This document shows positions 26,181-32,000 of a stretch of 32,000 bases of DNA, piece after piece. A program made the position numbers and the translations under genes. Position 1 is the stretch's first letter. The number at the start of each line of letters is the position of its first letter. Source of the DNA: Synechococcus elongatus PCC 6301 (lineage in GTDB: Bacteria; Cyanobacteriota; Cyanobacteriia; Synechococcales; Synechococcaceae); contig NC_006576.1 of assembly GCF_000010065.1 (NCBI RefSeq), forward strand, positions 2,250,001 to 2,282,000, read 5' to 3'. The notes beneath the pieces were generated by a model. It had not been told where the DNA came from, ran no database searches, and was given only the letters and a program-made list of their open reading frames with translations.

Positions 26181-26558
26181 TTATTCTTCGGAATCGTCAT
26201 CACCGCCGTTGACAGGGACAAGACGGATTTGACGACGGCCCAATTTGATTTCAAACTCATCACCAACTTGCAGGTTCAGCTGCTTGGTATAAGCCGAACC
26301 AATCAAGAGATTACCGTTGCTTTGAACGCGAACGGTGTAGCTGGGGTGGCGGCCTTTACGTGGTGCTGCTTCATCAAAAGCAACGCCTTTGGAGGCGAGG
26401 AGTGCTTCGTAGAACGCTGTAAAGTTAATGCGTTCACGGCCTGTTTTGGTGATGGAGTAGTAGCCGCAGGCCTTGGCTGTTTCCGAACGACTCGCGTTAC
26501 CGAGTTCTTTCAGTCGTGTTAGCAATGCTTTACCGGTCAGTGGCGTGATTGATGTCAT
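26181..26558 (-). CDS. Cyanobacterial AbrB-like transcriptional regulator (cyAbrB; C-terminal SpoVT/AbrB domain)
   Basis: 125 aa. The N-terminal region is typical of cyAbrB (LTGKALL.RLKELG..S..E.A.ACGY...TK.G..R.N...F..ALL.AKG) and the C-terminal swapped-hairpin domain reads NGNLLIGSAYTKQLNLQVGDEFEIKLGRRQIRLVP. Confidence 0.85.
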   Translation of the reverse strand: MTSITPLTGKALLTRLKELGNASRSETAKACGYYSITKTGRERINFTAFYEALLASKGVAFDEAAPRKGRHPSYTVRVQSNGNLLIGSAYTKQLNLQVGDEFEIKLGRRQIRLVPVNGGDDDSEE

Positions 26559-26993
26559 TTCGACATTCAGTGATTCTCAACTAAATTCAATCTATCACAG
26601 TAATCATCACAAATGAAAATATCAAATTAATGATCGGGTGTGTGAATGTCAGCCTGTGGCCTGACTGTCGGTCGGCTATTGCGTAAAATTTCAGCTATCA
26701 ATTAGCCTGAACAACTCTCTAGGACCTGAAATCGGCTGCTCTGAGGATCGGCTGATGGGCGGCATGATGCAGTCAGAAAGGTTTGCAACAGCTCAGCTCA
26801 GCTACCACTTTTGAGCGGTAGCGTTGTAGACAATCACCCGATTTTGCTGCGGCTGCCCTAGGAGATTAACCCTGTCAGTGATAGGAATAGAGCCGATCGC
26901 GATCGCCAAGGCCCACTCCCTTAACCATGACAGTGATAGACGATGAAAAAACAGGATTGTGGCCGAGTGCTGGCAGGGAAGTGACACAAAGGA

Positions 26994-28352
26994 CTAGTGG
27001 TCTTGCACCGTCGCTGCTAGCGGCGATCGCAGACATTCTGTCAACAGACCCGTAATTCCTTCAGCAACAAAGATCGGCGTGTGCAGCGCCTTTTCAACCT
27101 CTGCCACCGTCAAGTCGTCGAGGAAGCAGCGATAGCCATGAAGCAAAATTAAGGAAGGCAATAACAGCCCATCTCCCAAGTCGCGATCGCTCAAAACCTC
27201 AATCAAATCCTGGCCAGTAAGTAGCCCTGTGACCGTGAGGGTTTGCCCCCAGTAGCGACTGGCGAGCCCCACCAGATCAACCTTTAGACCTTGCACTGCA
27301 TTGAGGCGGGCCTGTAGCGGTTGGAAGGCTTGCCCCACCACATTGCCGACCACCCAAGTAAGACGGCGCGCTGGCTCGATCTGGCTGGGTAGCGTTGCTG
27401 CTTGGCGTTCAAACTCACTGATGAAGGCCCGGATAGAACCGACGCCATTTTCTAGCTGGGGATATTGTTCATACCAACTGGCCGAGGGCAGCGGCTGGCC
27501 TGCAATCAGATACCACTCATCGGCTAACCAGGCAAAACGACTGCCCAGTTCTGTTTGGAATTGAGTTTGCAGGGCTTCGACCAGGGCGATCGTGGCAGCC
27601 GCATCAGCAGGCTGGACAGGACGCAATTCATCTTCAGTCGGTCGAAAGCGGGTCAGGCCCACGGGCACGACGGCCACGGAAGCGACGGTTGCCGGATCCC
27701 CGCGATGAAATTCAGCCAAATCCATCAAGGTACGCTGTAGTTGCGCCCCATCATTGAGGTCGGGACAGACCACCACTTGGGCATGAATTTGCAGCTGCTG
27801 CTGGCGAAACCAGTGCAGTTGTTCTCCAATCAATCCGGCCCGTTCATTTTTGAGAAGACGCCGCCGCAGATCGGGCTCAGTGGCATGTACTGAAACGTAG
27901 AGGGGCGAGAGCCTCAGTTGGGCAATCCGTCGCCATTCCGCTTCGCTGAGGTTGGTGAGGGTGAGGTAGGAGCCATAGAGAAAACTGAGGCGATAATCAT
28001 CATCTTTGTAGTACAGGCTCTCGCGTTTGCCCGGTGGCTGTTGATCGATAAAGCAAAAGGGGCAGCGGTTGTTGCACTGAATCAAACCGTCAAAGAGCGC
28101 GGTCTCAAATTCCAGCCCAAGCCCTTCATCGGTGTCTTTTTCAATTTCGATTTGGTGCGATCGCCCGGCTGCATCCAAGACCTCCAGCTCTAAAAATTCA
28201 TCACTGCAGAGGAATTGATAATCGATCAGATCGCGGGGTTGCTGGCCATTGATTGAAATAATTGCGTCGCCGGGCTCAAACCCGATCTCTGCCGCAATGG
28301 AATCTGGTAAGACTCGGCTAATGCGGGCGGGTTGAAGGGTCGAACGGCTCAT
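26994..28352 (-). CDS. PDZ domain plus radical-SAM-like DUF512 protein, function unknown
   Basis: N-terminal PDZ domain (ISRVLPDSIAAEIGFEPGDAIISINGQ). A CxxxCxxC cluster, CNNRCPFC (codons 93-100, nt 28076..28053), is followed by Y.KDDDYRLSFL.G.Y.TLTN and a long C-terminal DUF512-like region. Length is 452 aa. Confidence 0.8.
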   Translation of the reverse strand: MSRSTLQPARISRVLPDSIAAEIGFEPGDAIISINGQQPRDLIDYQFLCSDEFLELEVLDAAGRSHQIEIEKDTDEGLGLEFETALFDGLIQCNNRCPFCFIDQQPPGKRESLYYKDDDYRLSFLYGSYLTLTNLSEAEWRRIAQLRLSPLYVSVHATEPDLRRRLLKNERAGLIGEQLHWFRQQQLQIHAQVVVCPDLNDGAQLQRTLMDLAEFHRGDPATVASVAVVPVGLTRFRPTEDELRPVQPADAAATIALVEALQTQFQTELGSRFAWLADEWYLIAGQPLPSASWYEQYPQLENGVGSIRAFISEFERQAATLPSQIEPARRLTWVVGNVVGQAFQPLQARLNAVQGLKVDLVGLASRYWGQTLTVTGLLTGQDLIEVLSDRDLGDGLLLPSLILLHGYRCFLDDLTVAEVEKALHTPIFVAEGITGLLTECLRSPLAATVQDH

Positions 28353-28398
28353 GGGGGCGATCGCAGGGCGGGGTCAGTAACAACAGCACTCTCTTCTA

Positions 28399-29292
28399 TT
28401 AAATATTCTGTAAAGTTCCCGTGGCGATTGCCGTCAGAATTACCCCCCCGAAGATGATCCGATAAACCACGAAGCTCCACGTGTTATGAGTGCGGAGAAA
28501 ACGCAGTAACCAGGCGATTGCCAACCAAGAAAAAATCAGGGAAGACAGGGTCCCGATCGCGAGCACCCCAAGCGAAGAGCCATCGATGCCGGCTTCTAAT
28601 AAATCTTTGAGTTCTACTAAGCCGGCGATTGTGATTGCTGGAATCCCGAGCAGAAAGGAAAAGCGAGCAGCCGTATCCCGTTTCAAGCCTTGAAAGAGTC
28701 CGGCAGTGAGGGTCGAACCCGATCGCGAAACGCCGGGAATCAAGGCCAGTGCTTGGGCAAAACCCATCCAGAGGCCATCAGCGAGGCGCAATTGACTGAG
28801 GTCGCGCTGATGCTTGCTCAGTTGTTCTGCAATGCCCAGCAGCAAACCCATCACAATTGAGACGATCGCGATCGCGGCCAAACTGCGCAAGGGAGAGTTG
28901 TCGTAATCGGGAATGAACCGCTTGATCAGCAGCCCGCCAATCAGGATCGGAATAGTGCCAAATAGAATGCCCAGACCCATCTGAGCTGGTTCACTACGAA
29001 AATCCTGCCGGCGCACAGCGCTGACCAAGCCGCGCAACACGTAGGTCAAGTCCTGACGGAAATAGGACAGTACCGCGACAATGCTGCCGAGTTGAATGAC
29101 TGCGGTAAAGGCCACCCCAGGATCGCCCCAGCCGAGAACCACCGGCACCACTTTCAAATGGGCGGTGCTGCTGATCGGAAGGAATTCAGTGGCGCCTTGC
29201 ACAAATCCCAAGACAATGGCCTGCCAAAGGTCGAGGCGATCGGCACTACTGACAGCAATGAGCATGGCGATCGGTTCCTGGCCGTTAGTCAC
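28399..29292 (-). CDS. uppP: Undecaprenyl-diphosphate phosphatase (BacA/UppP)
   Basis: QGATEFLPISSTAHL..........G..FTAVIQLGSI.AV..YF and ...PGVSRSG.T...GL..GL.R..AARFSFLL.IPA match both conserved UppP blocks. Start is GTG 29292 or ATG 29265. Confidence 0.9.
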   Translation of the reverse strand: MTNGQEPIAMLIAVSSADRLDLWQAIVLGFVQGATEFLPISSTAHLKVVPVVLGWGDPGVAFTAVIQLGSIVAVLSYFRQDLTYVLRGLVSAVRRQDFRSEPAQMGLGILFGTIPILIGGLLIKRFIPDYDNSPLRSLAAIAIVSIVMGLLLGIAEQLSKHQRDLSQLRLADGLWMGFAQALALIPGVSRSGSTLTAGLFQGLKRDTAARFSFLLGIPAITIAGLVELKDLLEAGIDGSSLGVLAIGTLSSLIFSWLAIAWLLRFLRTHNTWSFVVYRIIFGGVILTAIATGTLQNI

Positions 29293-29366
29293 GGGCGCGA
29301 GACAACTTCAGCATTTTGACTGATTGTTGCCCGTTCTTCTTGCCAGCGATCGCGGGGGAGTGGGAG

Positions 29367-29624
29367 TTATTTTTCGAGACGCACCACATACCACTGAACG
29401 ACGAGCCCCGGTTCTGTTTCGAATTCGCAGGCGGTGTTGAGTAGATCCTGTGCTTGAGCCCTGCGATCGCCGCGATCGGCGGTTCCCACGGGCACGTTGT
29501 CGGGATAGCGATCGATTAATTCCTCGAGGTATGCCAACATTTCTGCCGGCGTCACAAACCGTTCTGGGCAGTTGGGCTCCAGCAGCACGTAGGCATCTTC
29601 CTGATAGAGCAGGGCCTTGACCAT
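29367..29624 (-). CDS. Small conserved-looking soluble protein (85 aa), possibly CRR7/DUF3571 family (NDH-1 related)
   Basis: ATG 29624 gives MVKALLYQEDAYVLLEPNCPERFVTPAEMLAYLEELIDRYPDNVP......AQAQDLLNTACEFETEPGLVVQWYVVRLEK. It is tightly packed between ppx and uppP. Size and the ...YVVLE....P.E.L..L......AQ.L.DT.CE.....G...QWY.VRLE layout match my recollection of cyanobacterial CRR7-like proteins. I trust the CDS call more than the family call. Confidence 0.55.
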   Translation of the reverse strand: MVKALLYQEDAYVLLEPNCPERFVTPAEMLAYLEELIDRYPDNVPVGTADRGDRRAQAQDLLNTACEFETEPGLVVQWYVVRLEK

Positions 29625-29657
29625 AGGGCACTCCAAGTAGAAGTCAGGTGAGAGAAA

Positions 29658-31307
29658 CTAGACTGCGCTGAGCGGCTGCGGCACCAGTTCTGCGGCGACA
29701 TTGATTGCAAACGCGGCTTCTAAAGCATGGCGGTTGTAGTCAAAACTCCAGAGTTCGAGGGCGCAGTCCTCACTGGTTCGAGCCGGATGCAGTTGAAGAA
29801 GAAGCTGCCGTTGCGGAGCAAGGTAGCGGCAATGAAGACTCGCGATCGCTCCTACCTGCCGGCGATCGAGGGCAACTGCCGCCCGCAGAATCGCGCTGAG
29901 TTGTTCTACCAAGCGCCGTTGCTCCTTGGTGGGCAGGGTGCGGAAGTTTTCGTGCTTTTTCTTGGGCAGGCTCTTGCGGTGATAGCGAGCCAGATTAGCA
30001 ATCAGTTCAATCTCCGTCTCGTTGTAGCCCAGCAGACCCCCGTGGCGGATCAGGTAATAGGAATGCTTGTGATGGGAGGAGTGGTCGATGTGATGGCCGC
30101 AATTGTGCAGGATGGCGGCTGCCCAAAGGAGTTCCCGTTCGCTCTCGCCCCATTGGTGTAGTTGTCCGCGCAGTTGGTCAAACAGGCTGAGGGCTAATTG
30201 CGCCACTTGCTCGCCGTGACTGACATCTACCCGAAATTTGCGCGCTTGGTTGTAGACACTGCGCTGCCGCACCGATCCCTGATAGCGCAGCTTGTCTTCG
30301 ATCAGTCCGTGGCTGAGCATCCAGTCGACGATCAGCCCCTCGCGCAAGGCCCGTTCGCAGATGGTGACGCGATCGCAACCCAACAGCTGCATGGTTTCCT
30401 GCAGCACGATCGCCCCTGCAACGATAATCTCAGCTCGTCGTTCCGACAGCTCGGGCAAAGTCTGACGTTCGGCAAAGGGCATACGCCGCAACTGCTGCAC
30501 CAACTGCTGCAGATCGCCAAGAGCTAAGCTGTAGCCATTGAAGGTGGTCGGCAAGCTGCCTTGGCTTTGGTGGGCATGGAGGGCGGCGAGGGCTTGAATG
30601 GTGCCGGAAGTGCCGATCAGTCGTAGGGGCGTGTTGGGTGGTAGAGCGGCTTTGACTTCATCGACCGCCCGTTCGACCATGCCGCGCACGTAGGCTTGCA
30701 GCACGGTGTACTCGCTGGGGCTAATTGGGTCGGTGTGAATGAATTCTTGGGTGAGACGGACGGCGCCAACCTTCGTGCTGGTCAGGCAGAGCGGCTCTTG
30801 CCCCGCTCCCAGAATCAGCTCGGTCGATCCACCGCCAATATCAATGATGGCGTGGTGTCGCTGCTGAAAATCCATGCCGGACAGCACCCCAAGGTAGATG
30901 CGTCGTGCTTCCTCTGGCCCCGAGATCAGATCGACTTCTAAACCGACTTCATGGATGACCCGCTCGAGAAATTGGCGACCATTGGGAGCCTCTCGCACAG
31001 CACTGGTGGCGACAGCCACAATTTGCGTGGCCCCCCGAGCCGCCGCGATCGCTCGACAGCGTTGCAGCGCTTGGAGTGCCCGTTCCATCGCCGCCTCGGT
31101 CAACTCACCCGTGGCAGGATCGCGATCGCCCAGTCGGACGGTGGCTTTCTCGGTGCCGACGATATCGAAGGCCGGCAGGTCGGGACGAATCTGGACCACC
31201 ACCATGTGAATGGAGTTTGTGCCCACATCGATTGCTGCCAAAATCGGTTCTGGCCCGAGCTCACTGGGGAGTGCTGGACGGGCGTGGGGCGCAATCTCGG
31301 TGCTCAT
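29658..31307 (-). CDS. ppx: Exopolyphosphatase (Ppx/GppA family) with a C-terminal HD domain
   Basis: ATG 31307 gives MSTEI...AAIDVGTNSIHMVVVQI (ASKHA-fold phosphate-1 motif), then IIDIGGGSTELI and IGTSGTI, and a C-terminal HD region (LLWAAAILHNCGHHIDHSSHHKHSYYLI). The ORF-track GTG at 31358 is a short extension. Confidence 0.9.
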   Translation of the reverse strand: MSTEIAPHARPALPSELGPEPILAAIDVGTNSIHMVVVQIRPDLPAFDIVGTEKATVRLGDRDPATGELTEAAMERALQALQRCRAIAAARGATQIVAVATSAVREAPNGRQFLERVIHEVGLEVDLISGPEEARRIYLGVLSGMDFQQRHHAIIDIGGGSTELILGAGQEPLCLTSTKVGAVRLTQEFIHTDPISPSEYTVLQAYVRGMVERAVDEVKAALPPNTPLRLIGTSGTIQALAALHAHQSQGSLPTTFNGYSLALGDLQQLVQQLRRMPFAERQTLPELSERRAEIIVAGAIVLQETMQLLGCDRVTICERALREGLIVDWMLSHGLIEDKLRYQGSVRQRSVYNQARKFRVDVSHGEQVAQLALSLFDQLRGQLHQWGESERELLWAAAILHNCGHHIDHSSHHKHSYYLIRHGGLLGYNETEIELIANLARYHRKSLPKKKHENFRTLPTKEQRRLVEQLSAILRAAVALDRRQVGAIASLHCRYLAPQRQLLLQLHPARTSEDCALELWSFDYNRHALEAAFAINVAAELVPQPLSAV

Positions 31308-31394
31308 GGGCGCAGGGTTCCAAGCTAGGCCTAGTCTGCCATGCAGCGGGGGCCTCACTCGCAGTGGGATAATAAAGCCGCATCTGACAATGCC

Positions 31395-32000
31395 ATGAGT
31401 ACCTCTCTCCCCCGTGAATCGACTTGGCTGGCAGTCATTCGCCTGTTGCGCTGGGATAAGCCAGCCGGGCGATTGATTCTGTTGTTGCCAGCGCTATGGG
31501 CGGTGGTCTTGGCTTCTGGCGGACGGCCTGATTTTGGTCTGATCTGGTAGATTATCTGCGGCGGTTTGGCGGCTAGTGCGGCCGGTTGCGTGATCGATGA
31601 TCTTTGGGATCGCAACCTCGATCCGCGGGTTGAACGCACCAAGCAAAGGCCCTTGGCCTCCCGTCGCCTGTCCACAAGAGTCGGCGCGATCCCGGCGATC
31701 GTGTCGCTGTTAGCGGCTTGGGGGTTGGCTCAATTTCTGACGCCGCTGGGCTACTGGCTGTGCGTGGCAGCTGTGCCCGTGATCGTGCTCTATCCGGGGG
31801 CAAAGCGTGTCTTTCCGGTTCCGCAACTGGTGCTGGCGATCGCCTGGGGATTTAGTGTGCTGATCAGCTGGGCGGCGGTGCAGGGGGAGCTGACTTGGGC
31901 AGCGATCGCCCTCTGGGCAGCAACCCTGTTTTGGGCCCTTGGCTTTGATACAGTCTATGCCTTGGCCGATCGCGAGGACGATATCCAAGTGGGAATCCAG
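31395..32000 (+). pseudogene. ubiA: UbiA-superfamily 4-hydroxybenzoate polyprenyltransferase homologue interrupted by an in-frame TAG (31548..31550); runs off the right edge
   Basis: ATG 31395 gives MSTSLPRESTWLAVIRLLRWDKPAGRLILLLPALWAVVLASGGRPDFGLIW, then TAG. The same frame then continues open to position 32000: IICGGLAASAAGCVIDDLWDRNLDPRVERTKQRPLASRRLS...YPGAKRVFPVPQLVLAIAWGF...FDTVYALADREDD. Both Asp-rich UbiA motifs lie downstream of the stop. The pseudogene status is only apparent (see findings). Confidence 0.85.

Noticed and set aside
26802-26987. 61-aa minus-strand ORF in the cyAbrB upstream region
   Set aside because: It has no homology features, its AIAIG segment is simply HIP1 translated, and it sits immediately after the DUF512 stop with no space for signals. 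It is treated as non-coding.

Overview
This 32-kb window looks like core chromosome of a cyanobacterium rich in the HIP1 octamer GCGATCGC. Gene order and protein sequences fit the Synechococcus elongatus PCC 7942/6301 lineage: a 72-aa HliA, adjacent pds-crtB, ndhM, rbcR, ndhF-ndhD, a cyAbrB regulator and ppx. Left to right the window holds: a GAF-sensor gene fragment, hliA with an HLR1-like box, hisIE, a methionine-salvage trio (mtnC, mtnB, mtnA), then a more AT-rich ion-homeostasis stretch (mscL, a UPF0016 Mn/Ca transporter, a CDF transporter, an unknown secreted protein) followed by a decayed ACR3-type arsenite-permease remnant. Next come an M16 peptidase, a fructosamine kinase, crtB-pds, ndhM with a translationally coupled Trp-rich unknown ORF, rbcR, a same-strand string (NnrU-family, thioredoxin-like, ndhF, ndhD, LapA-like), scpA, a sugar nucleotidyltransferase, a TPR protein, an M20 amidohydrolase and cyAbrB. 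The window ends with a minus-strand run (ppx, small CRR7-like ORF, uppP, PDZ/radical-SAM DUF512 protein) and the start of a UbiA-type 4-hydroxybenzoate prenyltransferase. I found no rRNA, tRNA, CRISPR array, transposase, phage gene or recognisable defence or toxin system, and I cannot honestly claim a convincing novel multi-gene system. The observations most worth a second look are: (1) an in-frame TAG inside the normally essential ubiA-type gene, (2) a +1 frameshift in the NnrU-family gene at a G-run abutting a HIP1 site, (3) the ACR3 relic, (4) the unknown ORF coupled to ndhM, and (5) the AT-rich transporter block and its long leader. All coordinates, motif positions and counts were derived by hand from the sequence and should be recomputed.
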